44,734 nucleotides of DNA from an uncultured archaeon (GTDB taxonomy: Archaea; Iainarchaeota; Iainarchaeia; Iainarchaeales; GCA-2688035): NCBI GenBank assembly GCA_964569815.1, contig CAZMUN010000005.1:1-44734 (forward strand), in the 5' to 3' direction. Both the position numbers and the translations under genes were made by a program. This document shows, piece after piece, positions 1-8,724 of this stretch. The stretch's first letter is position 1. Every line of letters starts with the position of its first letter. The notes beneath the pieces were generated by a model. That model was not told the DNA's origin and did not search any database. It saw nothing but the letters and a program-made list of their open reading frames with translations.

Positions 1-54
1 GACCTTCAGGCGGACAAGCTCCCCGAGGCCGCGTCGGCGTGCGGAGCGGATGCC
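1..54 (-). ncRNA. Candidate 5' end of a GC-rich stable RNA, identity unknown, truncated by window edge
   Basis: Minus strand reads GGCATCCGCTCCGCACGCCGACGCGGCCTCGGGGAGCTTGTCCGCC, much more GC-rich than its flanks; TTATAA at 75-80 lies about 21-26 nt upstream of the GG start. Confidence 0.3.
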
Positions 55-99
55 AAAAACACCAAAAAAGGGCATTATAAGCCGATTTGAGGAAAAAGA

Positions 100-492
100 C
101 TATTTTATGGAAATCAGCAGTTTTCTTTCCCTTGGGCCGTCTGCTTCCAGGAACATGATGCCCTCCCATGCGCCGAGCAAGAGATTGCCGTTCTTTACAA
201 TTACGGTTCTGCTGTTTCCGATTACCGCGCTTTTGATGTGGGAATCAGAGTTTCCCTCCAAGTGGGTGTAGCCAGCGTTCTCCGGAACAAGCTCTGAGAG
301 CTTTTTCAGGACATCGTGCTGGACGCTTGGGTCAGCGTTCTCGGTAATTATGACTGCCGCTGTCGTGTGGGGGCAGTATACAACGCATGTGCCTTCTTTT
401 ATTCCAGACTTTGAAACCGCTTGCTGAATCTGGCCAGTGACGTCAATCAGCTCGTTTCTTTTGCTTGATTTTACTGGAATTTCTGTGACCAT
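100..492 (-). CDS. yjbQ: YjbQ/UPF0047 secondary thiamine-phosphate synthase family protein
   Basis: HTTAA, NAD, H..GNSDSHIKS and LGAWEGI motifs. Confidence 0.92.
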   Translation of the reverse strand: MVTEIPVKSSKRNELIDVTGQIQQAVSKSGIKEGTCVVYCPHTTAAVIITENADPSVQHDVLKKLSELVPENAGYTHLEGNSDSHIKSAVIGNSRTVIVKNGNLLLGAWEGIMFLEADGPRERKLLISIK

Positions 493-498
493 AACAAA

Positions 499-1629
499 TC
501 ATCTCTTCAAACTAAAAATGGCAGCATTTCGCCACCCTAAAGACTTCACTTCCACAAGACCCTGATCTAGCAAGCCTTTAATGTAGTTATTATTGAGATT
601 ATAGCCTTTTAATTGTAATCTAACGCTTTCTCGTTTAATGTTTAGAACACTAGCCAGTTCTTCCACAGTCATTGACTTTTTGGCTAGCAATGTAAGGATC
701 TCTTTCTTTGTTTCACCTTTCTCTTTATTATACCACTTACGTTCTTTTCTCTTAAAGAAATTTAATAGAATTTGCTGCTTTTTAGGGATAACTAAATCTC
801 GCATGTCTTCAGCAATTTTAGGGAAACATTTGGAGGAGATTATGAAATATTTTCCATTAAGATACCTATATCCTAATTTTGAGCAGATTTTTTTAAGATC
901 ATCAACTAAGAGTGCCCGAGGCGAAAATTCTAAATAAATTCCGCTATCAGAAACTCTTCCTTCATCAATGATTAATGCTTTCAAAAACTCTATTAGGCAG
1001 TCGTTTGGAGAATTTAAAAGTTTCTGGGAAAGTCGGGCTTTTCCTGTTCGAAAGTCTTCTATTTCAAAGTATTGCTTTAGAATTTTTGGAACGACTTTTG
1101 GAACAATAACTCTGTAATGCTTAGGCATTGTAGTATATTCTACATCTCCAAAAGAGAGCTTAAGTTTAGCAATGAAATTATCGATTGCTTCTTTGCTTTT
1201 GTTGATGTAACAAGCGTTTCCTTTTTCACCTCCATAACCGTCACCAATGAGGTGCCCTAAAATCGAAAAGGTTTCAGGTTTTATTTGCAAAGGCAATACA
1301 GGGTTTTTGATTAAGCCACCTCTGGAGGATGCTTTAATCGCTTTTATGGAAGATTGTAACGAATTCAAAGTAACGTTTGTCGATTCACAAAGTATTTTCA
1401 ACCTAGGAAGCGAAATGTATCTATTGACAATCTTTGCAGATTGTTTACTTTTTTTGGAAACTCCCTTATGCCAAGCGTATAGCTCTGCACCGGGAAGTCC
1501 CAAATGCAGTCCTGCGTTTCGCAATGAACCAAATTTATTTTTTAAATATCCAAATAAAAGGTCTCTTGCTTCAGTGTTTAGAAGTATATAAGTGTCTCTT
1601 GGAAAATCGGATAAAGAAAGGCTTTCCAT
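499..1629 (-). CDS. Free-standing double-motif LAGLIDADG endonuclease-like protein with N-terminal Cro-like HTH and C-terminal winged HTH
   Basis: ILGHLIGDG and FLKALIIDEG motifs; C-terminal TVEELASVLNIKRESVRLQL wHTH; no intein splicing ends; AT-rich atypical composition. Confidence 0.8.
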   Translation of the reverse strand: MESLSLSDFPRDTYILLNTEARDLLFGYLKNKFGSLRNAGLHLGLPGAELYAWHKGVSKKSKQSAKIVNRYISLPRLKILCESTNVTLNSLQSSIKAIKASSRGGLIKNPVLPLQIKPETFSILGHLIGDGYGGEKGNACYINKSKEAIDNFIAKLKLSFGDVEYTTMPKHYRVIVPKVVPKILKQYFEIEDFRTGKARLSQKLLNSPNDCLIEFLKALIIDEGRVSDSGIYLEFSPRALLVDDLKKICSKLGYRYLNGKYFIISSKCFPKIAEDMRDLVIPKKQQILLNFFKRKERKWYNKEKGETKKEILTLLAKKSMTVEELASVLNIKRESVRLQLKGYNLNNNYIKGLLDQGLVEVKSLGWRNAAIFSLKR

Positions 1630-1644
1630 AATAAAAAGTTAAAT

Positions 1645-1662
1645 TTTGTTTTTATAAACAAA
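1645..1662 (-). promoter_or_regulatory. TATA box within an inverted repeat upstream of the leaderless LAGLIDADG gene
   Basis: TTTGTTT-TTAT-AAACAAA contains TTTATAAA about 25 nt upstream of the ATG at 1629. Confidence 0.45.
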
Positions 1663-1716
1663 CATGGAACAGACGAGCTTTCCAGTGAAAAAATCAAGCG
1701 CATAGTTTCCATTAAA

Positions 1717-3126
1717 TCATAAACGCTTCAAATTTTTGAGAATTAGCTTCTGAACAAGTTTAGGATCCGCCTTGGCTCTGCTTAATCGCATTACCTCTCC
1801 AACAAGAAAATGCAAACTCTTCTGTTTTCCTCTCTTCAGATCAACCAAGGCAGATTTGTTTCTTGCCAGAACTTCTTCAACAAATTTTTCCACGTCATCT
1901 TGATTTAGATCTTTCACAAGGTTTTGTTTTTCAATGAAATCCATGGGCGGCGTACCTTTTGTAAGATACGTAATGAGAGACTCCCTTACAACTTTCTCAG
2001 TGATCTTTCCCTTCAAGAACCACTCAAATAGGGCTAGTAGTTCATCAGGGTCTAGGTTAATCTTGTCTAAGTCAAGATTGCTTCTATTAGCAATAGCCAT
2101 TATTTCACGCGTTAAGAACCGAGCAACAGTCTTTGCATCAACTTGCTTTTTAGAAATGTCCTCAAAAAGATCAGCTAAAGTAAGAGTATTAGCCAGTACT
2201 CTTGCGGTGTACTCATCTAAACTGTACTGGGCTTGTATGCGTTTTGCTTTTGCCTGGTGAAATTCAGGCAATCTAGACCTGAGTTCTTCAAGCTGTTCCT
2301 CGCTAAAGGAGAACATGGTTAAATCACTTTCTGTAATGTAGCCATAGTCTTCCTCTGTTTCTTTGGTTCGGGTTGCCTTTGTGGTCATGGTTTTTTCGTC
2401 AAAGGCACGGGTTTCTCTTACGATAGGCTTCTCATTCAACAAAAGGTTTTTTTGGCGGGCTATCTCAAAGGCCAATGCTTTTTCAACCCCTTTTTTGCCT
2501 GTCACGTTTTTTACTTCAACGCGGGCGTTTCCGTAAACGCTTACGTTGCAGTCTGCTTTGAGTGTGCCGGTTGGTGGGGAGAAAACCTTTAGGTAGGAGA
2601 GAATTGTGGTCAGCTGGTCCAAAAAATCACGGGCCTCTTTTGGGGTTTCAAAATCAGGCTCTGTTACAATCTCAACCAGGGGAATTCCGGAGCGGTTGTA
2701 GTCAACCAGGGAATAGAAACTTTTTCCCATTCCGCCTTCATGCACCAAGGCAGCTGGGTCTTCCTCCAAATGGACGCGGGTTATGCTGACCTTTTTGCCA
2801 GAGCTTAGCAAAACTTCGCCTTTTACCCCAACTGGAATCTCGTACTGGGTGATTTGAAAATTTTTTGGCATGTCTGGGTAAAAGTAGGTTTTTCTGCTGA
2901 AGAAAAATTCCTTGTTTAAGGAGCAGTCTAAGGCCAAAGCAACCTTCATTGCGTAGTCAAGGGCCTTTGCATTGAGCACGGGCTTGCTGCCAGGATGCCC
3001 GAGGCAGGTCGGGCAGGTTGCGGAATTGGGTTTTTCTGCTTCGGTTTTGCATCCGCAGAACAGCTTTGAGTCGGTGTTTAATTGCACATGGCATTCAAGG
3101 CCAATCATTACCCCTTCTTTGTTCAT
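1717..3126 (-). CDS. gatB: Asp/Glu-tRNA amidotransferase subunit B
   Basis: IGLECHVQL, KLFC, RKTYFYPDMPKNFQITQ, HLEED, DYNRSGIPLVEIVTEPD, EVKN; C-terminal YqeY-like domain. Confidence 0.97.
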   Translation of the reverse strand: MNKEGVMIGLECHVQLNTDSKLFCGCKTEAEKPNSATCPTCLGHPGSKPVLNAKALDYAMKVALALDCSLNKEFFFSRKTYFYPDMPKNFQITQYEIPVGVKGEVLLSSGKKVSITRVHLEEDPAALVHEGGMGKSFYSLVDYNRSGIPLVEIVTEPDFETPKEARDFLDQLTTILSYLKVFSPPTGTLKADCNVSVYGNARVEVKNVTGKKGVEKALAFEIARQKNLLLNEKPIVRETRAFDEKTMTTKATRTKETEEDYGYITESDLTMFSFSEEQLEELRSRLPEFHQAKAKRIQAQYSLDEYTARVLANTLTLADLFEDISKKQVDAKTVARFLTREIMAIANRSNLDLDKINLDPDELLALFEWFLKGKITEKVVRESLITYLTKGTPPMDFIEKQNLVKDLNQDDVEKFVEEVLARNKSALVDLKRGKQKSLHFLVGEVMRLSRAKADPKLVQKLILKNLKRL

Positions 3127-3893
3127 TTCAGCAGCCCCATGATTTTTTTGTGAACTTTTGCATTGGAAGCAACAAGCTTGTCCTGTGAAAAAATGTCAAA
3201 ATGGCTGCCTTCTGCATTGGAAACCCTTCCGCCAGCCTCTTTTACAAGAAGGATTCCTGCTGCTGAATCCCAGGCATAAAGGCCGTATTCAAGCACTGCA
3301 TCCATTCTTCCGGCAGCAACATATGACAGTTCCAAGGCAGCGCTTCCAAGGTTTCTGGTGCTGCCGTGCTCTACAAGCCTTGTGAACATTTCAAGGTTTT
3401 TTTTTCTGGTGCCAGAACGCATGGGCAACCCAACGTTGAAAATTATTTCATTGTCTTTTGTTCGGCTTGAAACCTTGAGGCTTTTGCCGTCCAAGAACGC
3501 GCCTTTGCCTTTTTCTGCATAAAAAAGCTCGTTGACGTTTGGCTCAAAGACCACTCCCAAAACAAGCTCGTTGTTTTTCATTAATGCAATTGAAACAGAA
3601 AACATTCTTATGCCGCGCCTGAAGTTGTGTGTTCCGTCAAGCGGGTCTATAATCCAAACGTTTTCCGCTTTTTTGTGGACCTTGTCTTCTTCTGCAAAAA
3701 ATTTTGCTTTTGGAAAAGCTTTGCTTATAACCTGCTTTATTTTTCTCTGGGCTGCAAAGTCTGCCTCTGTTACAATGCCCAGTCGCAAACTCTTTGTTCT
3801 CACATAGTCGACTTTGCCCAGCTCTTTCATTATGGCTTTGCCTGCCTCTTTTGCGGCCTTTGTTGCAACCTTGAGCTCTTTTGATTTGCTCAT
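3123..3893 (-). CDS. suhB: Inositol monophosphatase family protein
   Basis: WIIDPLDGTHNF, GSAAL and WDSAAG motifs. Confidence 0.92.
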   Translation of the reverse strand: MSKSKELKVATKAAKEAGKAIMKELGKVDYVRTKSLRLGIVTEADFAAQRKIKQVISKAFPKAKFFAEEDKVHKKAENVWIIDPLDGTHNFRRGIRMFSVSIALMKNNELVLGVVFEPNVNELFYAEKGKGAFLDGKSLKVSSRTKDNEIIFNVGLPMRSGTRKKNLEMFTRLVEHGSTRNLGSAALELSYVAAGRMDAVLEYGLYAWDSAAGILLVKEAGGRVSNAEGSHFDIFSQDKLVASNAKVHKKIMGLLK

Positions 3894-5308
3894 GAAAAGG
3901 CCTCCGCTGACCTTGCCGCTTTTACCATTTTGCTTTCTTCAAGATGGTTTGCAGTGAGCATTAGGCCAACAGGCATTTTTTCAAGTTTGGAAATGGGAAC
4001 AGAGGCATGCGGCAGGCCGGCAAGGTTTGCTGGAACAGTGCACAAGTCCATGGCATACTGCTGCATTGGAGTCAGCTCTGAAATTTCCTCAAAGGTTGGC
4101 GCTATTATGGGCATTGTGGGGTTGGCAAGAATATCCGCTTTTTGGAAAGCCTGCTTGAATTCGTTGATTAGCTTTGTTCTGACCTTCATTGCTTTCAGGT
4201 AGTATGCGTCGCGAAAGCCTGACATTCTTGCAAAGGTTCCAAGCAAAACACGCCTTTTTGCCTCCTCCCCAAATCCAGCGCTCCTAACGCTTGAAAAGTA
4301 TTCGTTGAAGCTGCCTTCAGGCTCTTTGTGCAGGCCATAGCGCATTCCACAGTACCTGGCCAGGTTTGTGCTGGCTTCGCTTGTGGAAACAAGGTAATAG
4401 GCAGGAACACCGTACTTTGCGTTCAAAGGCAGAGAGATTTCTTCAACGTTTCCAAGCTTTTCCAAGGCCTTTCTGCAGGCTTCTTGGATCTTGGGATCAC
4501 AGGCTTCAAAAAACTCTTTCACAAGCCCGTACCTTAAACCTGATTCCGGAACGGCCTTGCTGTATTCCTCAACAGGCTCATTCAACGAAGTTGAGTCATT
4601 GGCATCAAAGCCTGAAATGGTTTCTAAAAGAAGCGCTGCATCCTGCACCGTTTTTCCAATTGCACCGATTTTGTCCAAAGAGTTTGCGTAATCAATAAGG
4701 CCGTATCTGGAAACACGGCCATATGTTGGCGTCAGGCCCACTACACCACAGAAGGAAGCAGGGCATGCAATGCTTCCGCCAGTGCTTTGCCCAAGGCTTG
4801 CATGAGCAAAAGATGTTGAAGCAGTAAAGCCGGCACTTCCGCCAGAGGAGCCGCCGCAGGCTCGTTTCAAGTCATGGGGGTTTCTTGGCTTTTCAAAGCC
4901 AAGGCCAACGTTGTTTGAAAATGTCCCGAAACCGAACTCGTCTTGTGCTGTTTTTCCGATTATTACTGCGCCTTGGGCTCGGGCTTTTTCTATTACCGTT
5001 GCATTAAACAGGGGCTTGTAGCCTGAAAGTATTTTGGAGCCGGCCCTGCTTTCAAGGCCTTTTACGCAGATGCAGTCCTTTGCGCTTATTGGAAGGCCTA
5101 AAAGCTTTCCTTTGGTTTGGCCTGTTTTGACGCCGGCTTCGATTTCTCTTGCTTCTTTCAAAGCGGTTTCTTTTGCAATGGAATTGAAGTAGTGGTATTT
5201 CTGGTTTTGCTTTTCCGCTTCCTCAAGCAATTGCTCCACATGGCCTGAAACAGAAGCCTGGCCTTTTTTGACAGCCTTTACATATTCAAACGCTGTTGCA
5301 ACAGGCAT
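3890..5308 (-). CDS. gatA: Asp/Glu-tRNA amidotransferase subunit A
   Basis: Amidase signature (SAKD, GGSSGGS, TGGSI), PTYGRVSRYGL, NLARY, GFGEEAKRR, NLAGLP; lies between gatC and gatB. Confidence 0.96.
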   Translation of the reverse strand: MPVATAFEYVKAVKKGQASVSGHVEQLLEEAEKQNQKYHYFNSIAKETALKEAREIEAGVKTGQTKGKLLGLPISAKDCICVKGLESRAGSKILSGYKPLFNATVIEKARAQGAVIIGKTAQDEFGFGTFSNNVGLGFEKPRNPHDLKRACGGSSGGSAGFTASTSFAHASLGQSTGGSIACPASFCGVVGLTPTYGRVSRYGLIDYANSLDKIGAIGKTVQDAALLLETISGFDANDSTSLNEPVEEYSKAVPESGLRYGLVKEFFEACDPKIQEACRKALEKLGNVEEISLPLNAKYGVPAYYLVSTSEASTNLARYCGMRYGLHKEPEGSFNEYFSSVRSAGFGEEAKRRVLLGTFARMSGFRDAYYLKAMKVRTKLINEFKQAFQKADILANPTMPIIAPTFEEISELTPMQQYAMDLCTVPANLAGLPHASVPISKLEKMPVGLMLTANHLEESKMVKAARSAEAFS

Positions 5309-5315
5309 TTTTTCA

Positions 5316-5609
5316 TCACACTGCCTTGGGCCCCAAAAAGTAGCCGTCTTTTTTGTTTTTCGTGTTTTTTAAGGCCTGTTCCTGGGTTAAGCATTTTTCG
5401 ACAAGGTCTTTTCGCATAACGTTTTCAAGCCTTATGGGCTGAAAGCTTGGCTTTTCTTTGGAAACGTCAACTTCGCCCAATTTTTGGAAAGTGCCGAGGA
5501 TTTCCTTGAGCTCTGGCAAAAACTTTTCAATTTCCTCTTCGCTCAAATTAAGCCTGGCGTTCTCTGCAACGCGCAAAAGGAGCTTTTTGTCAACCTTTGG
5601 TTTTGGCAT
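5316..5609 (-). CDS. gatC: Asp/Glu-tRNA amidotransferase subunit C
   Basis: VAENARLNLSEEE...NVMRKD...ALKN...GYF; start placed at MPKPK (5609). Confidence 0.93.
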   Translation of the reverse strand: MPKPKVDKKLLLRVAENARLNLSEEEIEKFLPELKEILGTFQKLGEVDVSKEKPSFQPIRLENVMRKDLVEKCLTQEQALKNTKNKKDGYFLGPKAV

Positions 5610-5652
5610 GAAATCGCAAATATTAAGGGGTAAAAGGAATTTAAAGGCAAGC

Positions 5653-5925
5653 CTATAATTCAAACTCTTCAATGAATCCTTTTAGGGTTCTGTATTTTTC
5701 CAAAAACTTGAAGCCCTTATCTGTCAGCGAAATGTACTTGCGGTCTTTTTTGTCAAGCTCTTCCCTTAGAAAGCCTTTTTCCACCAACTCTTGGAAGTAT
5801 TCAGAAAAGCTTTGTGAGGAAATGTTTGTGTAGCGAAGAAGGGGGGTTGGCTTAATTGAATTGTTATGCTGTCTGACCAGGCCCAAAATCGTGTAAATTA
5901 TGTCAAGTCTGCTTCTTTTTGGCAT
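5653..5925 (-). CDS. Archaeal winged-helix transcriptional regulator
   Basis: KRSRLDIIYTIL, T.LL..TNIS, L.EKGF and LTDKG..FL pattern. Confidence 0.85.
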   Translation of the reverse strand: MPKRSRLDIIYTILGLVRQHNNSIKPTPLLRYTNISSQSFSEYFQELVEKGFLREELDKKDRKYISLTDKGFKFLEKYRTLKGFIEEFEL

Positions 5926-6631
5926 TGGATAGCAACCTCGTTCTTACGCGCAGGCATATTGAAATGAATACAGCCGCTGATAAAATGTAGAATACAAGCT
6001 TTAATTCCCTTGGAAGCAGTCGCTTTGAAAAGGCAAGCAGGTTAACAACCCAAAAGCCTGCAAGCAAAAGATAGGTAACCCGATTCGGGGAAACGAGTTT
6101 GCGTTTTCCCTTTTTTGAGGCCATAAAAATAGCCAGAACAGAAGCAAGCAACACAATCGCTTGAATTGTTACCAAAAGCATTTCAGAGTTTGTTGCAAAA
6201 ACTAGTATCAGCGAAGCAAATGCAATAAGGTTAAGCGCGATTGTTTCCCTTTGAACAGAATACTTCAGCCTACTGGAAACCAGAGCCATTGCAAGCGAAA
6301 GGATGGCCAGCGTACTAAAATAGCTCACCAAGGGCAGAACCAGAAAAAAGCCCCATGGCCTTCCAAGCTCCAAGACCTCAAAAGAAAGCTGTGACAAAAG
6401 CAGGATTAGCCTAAAAGAATAGGCAATTGCAAAGTAAAGGAAAATGTTTCGGAAATGAAAAAGGCCCTTGTGCTGAGAAAGCTTGTACAAACCACGGGTT
6501 TTTAAGTATATGATTAGGCATATGCCCACGACCACCAAAAAGTAAAGAAGCTCTGTTGCAAGCATTTCCAAAGGAGGCCCTTGCAGAAAGCGCTGCATTC
6601 CTCGAAAGCCAAGGGCCATTGCTGGCGGCAT
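5903..6631 (-). CDS. Multi-pass membrane protein (about 7 hydrophobic segments), overlapping the wHTH gene
   Basis: Repeated hydrophobic helices; start placed at MPPAM (6631), about 25 nt from AT-rich TATA-like elements. Confidence 0.7.
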   Translation of the reverse strand: MPPAMALGFRGMQRFLQGPPLEMLATELLYFLVVVGICLIIYLKTRGLYKLSQHKGLFHFRNIFLYFAIAYSFRLILLLSQLSFEVLELGRPWGFFLVLPLVSYFSTLAILSLAMALVSSRLKYSVQRETIALNLIAFASLILVFATNSEMLLVTIQAIVLLASVLAIFMASKKGKRKLVSPNRVTYLLLAGFWVVNLLAFSKRLLPRELKLVFYILSAAVFISICLRVRTRLLSNAKKKQT

Positions 6632-6663
6632 AAAGGAAATTCTATAAAAAGAGTATAAAAAGC

Positions 6664-6684
6664 ATGTGGACGCAAAGTGCACAT
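6664..6684. promoter_or_regulatory. Imperfect inverted repeat (candidate operator) in a divergent promoter
   Basis: ATGTGGAC-GCAAA-GTGCACAT, 7 of 8 positions complementary. Confidence 0.5.
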
Positions 6685-6755
6685 TTTTGGTTCTTCTTCT
6701 TTTTAAATGCGAAAAATGCAATTTTTTTACATAAAAAAAGAAGGAGGTTCAAGCA

Positions 6756-7256
6756 ATGGAAAAAAAGCATCTTGCAGGAATTTCAGCGCTCGCTGTTTTA
6801 ATTGTTGCGGCCTCAAGCGCCTATGGATTCGGGGGCTTTGGGCAAGGCAACGAAGAAATGCAGCAGGCGCTGGAAGCAGGAAACTATGAGGCCTTTGTTG
6901 AGGCCCTGCCAAAACAGGTTTCAGAGCAGCAATTCCAAAGAATGGCTGAAAGGCACCAAAACAGGATTGCCGTGCAGCAGGCTCTGGAAAACCAGGATTA
7001 CGAAGCTTGGGTTCAGGCAATTGAGTCAAGGACCAAAATAAGGGACATGGTAACAGAAGACAATTTCCAGCAGTTTGCGGAAATGCGCCAAGCTAAGGCA
7101 CAGGGAGACCTTGAAACAGTGCAGGATTTGGCAGAGGAACTCGGCCTAAACCAGTTTGGTTTTGGCAAAGGCCAACTGGGCAGGCACCCAATGGGCAAGA
7201 GGAAAGGCTTTGGCCAAGAGCCATGCTTTCAAGGCATTGAAGAGGGCTCCGAATAG
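6756..7256 (+). CDS. Secreted helical repeat protein (ALE..(N/D)YEA(F/W)V repeats, Gly-rich tail)
   Basis: Signal peptide; GGAGGT RBS at 6743-6748; internal repeat QQALEAGNYEAFVEAL / QQALENQDYEAWVQAI. Confidence 0.8.
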   Translation: MEKKHLAGISALAVLIVAASSAYGFGGFGQGNEEMQQALEAGNYEAFVEALPKQVSEQQFQRMAERHQNRIAVQQALENQDYEAWVQAIESRTKIRDMVTEDNFQQFAEMRQAKAQGDLETVQDLAEELGLNQFGFGKGQLGRHPMGKRKGFGQEPCFQGIEEGSE

Positions 7257-7280
7257 GGGCCTTCTCCCTTCTTTTTTTTT
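7257..7280 (+). terminator. Pyrimidine/oligo-T terminator
   Basis: CTTCTCCCTTC followed by T9 directly after the stop codon. Confidence 0.5.
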
Positions 7281-7412
7281 AAGGCTTGCCGGCCTTTTGC
7301 AGCCCTTTTTTAAGTTTTTCTTTTGGTAAAATGGGTAATACTTTTTCTTTGAAAAAGCAACTTGGGGGTGATGCTGTGGACTGCATTTATTCAAGTGAGG
7401 AGGGCGGTGAGG

Positions 7413-7754
7413 ATGGCCATCGGGTTTCACATCATCGCCGAATTCAAGGGCTGTTCAGCAAAACAGCTTGAAAAAATTGAGGCCGTTGAACCGGTTTTGG
7501 AAAAGGCCGTTAAGGAAAGCGGTTTAACCAAGCTTCATTCCAAATACCACCAATTCAAGCCGTTTGGGGTAACAGGCTTTGTTCTTTTGTCAGAATCGCA
7601 CATAAGCGTGCACACCTGGCCGGAAAAAGGCTTTATTGCGGTGGACGTGTTTACCTGCGGGCCGCCGCCAAAGGCAAGAAAGGCCTTGAAAATTTTGGAG
7701 GAAGGCTTTAAGCCTGAAAGCGTGGCAAAAAAGGAGCTGGAAAGGGATGAATAG
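7413..7754 (+). CDS. speD: S-adenosylmethionine decarboxylase proenzyme
   Basis: GVTGFVLLSESHISVHTWPE (ES self-cleavage site) and DVFTCG. Confidence 0.93.
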   Translation: MAIGFHIIAEFKGCSAKQLEKIEAVEPVLEKAVKESGLTKLHSKYHQFKPFGVTGFVLLSESHISVHTWPEKGFIAVDVFTCGPPPKARKALKILEEGFKPESVAKKELERDE

Positions 7755-8724
7755 GCTTGAGCAAAAGGTTTTGGCTGCCTTGTCTGAAAAGGAGATGAGC
7801 CTGTGGAAGCTTTTTGAGAGAATGGATTCCGGCGAAAAGGAAACCCTTGAAGCGCTCAGGGCCCTGGAGAAAAAGGGCATTGTCAGGACAGGGAAAAAAA
7901 CAAGGCTTTTGAAAAAAAGCAGGCCAAGAAAAGCACGTGGAAAAACAGGTTGCCTGAAAAAAACCGGCTGCAGGGCTTTTGACAAGAAAAGGCTTTTGAA
8001 GGAATTCAAAAAGGCTACTGGAAATTTTTTTCCAAGCAAGGCAGAATTCAACCAGGAAAGGCTTTGCTTGGAGGACGTTGTGAAAAAGGTTTCTTTCATG
8101 GAGCAAAGGCTTGATTTGGAAAAAGCAAGAATCGCTTTCCTGGGAGACGACGACTTTTGCTCAGTGGCCGTTTCGCTTACAAGAAAGCCAAAGGCAGTAA
8201 CAGTTCTGGAAATAGACCCAAACGTAATCAAAGGGATAAGGCTGCTGAGCAAAGAGCTTGGGCTTGGAATAAAATGCATCCAGTACGATGCAAGAAAGCC
8301 TTTGCCAAAAAACCTTAGTGGAAAATTTGACGTGCTTGTAACAGAGCCTCCTGAAGCCTTGCAGGCCATGAAAACCTTTTTGAAAAGAGGCCTCGCTCTC
8401 CTGGCGGGAAAAGGCTGTGCTGGCTACATAGGTCTTACAAGGCTTGAAAGCTCTGGCGAAAAATGGCTTGAATTGCAAAAAACTTTGGCAAAGGAAAACG
8501 CTTTTGTTTCAGACTGCTTAAGGCAATTCGAATCATATCCCCTGTTTGCAGGAAATATCCCAAACTTTGAAAAAACGCCTCTCTCAAAAGCAATATTTTT
8601 TGAAGCAGGCAAGCCAGATGCAGAATGGTGGAAGGCAGCTTTGCTTAGAATAGAAATTGCAGGAAAGCAAAGGCCAAAAGAAGGCGCATTTTATCGCGAC
8701 CCAGAAACCCTTACAATGTTTTAG
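7747..8724 (+). CDS. bpsA: Branched-chain polyamine synthase (N4-bis(aminopropyl)spermidine synthase)-like protein
   Basis: LGDDD motif, LEID, YDAR.PLP, FD...TEPPE, F..RG..L; overlaps the speD stop. Confidence 0.82.
   Translation: MNRLEQKVLAALSEKEMSLWKLFERMDSGEKETLEALRALEKKGIVRTGKKTRLLKKSRPRKARGKTGCLKKTGCRAFDKKRLLKEFKKATGNFFPSKAEFNQERLCLEDVVKKVSFMEQRLDLEKARIAFLGDDDFCSVAVSLTRKPKAVTVLEIDPNVIKGIRLLSKELGLGIKCIQYDARKPLPKNLSGKFDVLVTEPPEALQAMKTFLKRGLALLAGKGCAGYIGLTRLESSGEKWLELQKTLAKENAFVSDCLRQFESYPLFAGNIPNFEKTPLSKAIFFEAGKPDAEWWKAALLRIEIAGKQRPKEGAFYRDPETLTMF

Noticed and set aside
499-1629. LAGLIDADG gene as an intein or intron-encoded ORF (also applies to 20493-22085)
   Set aside because: No C/S start with HN-C/S/T end, no interrupted host gene, and each has its own start, stop and TATA-like element.
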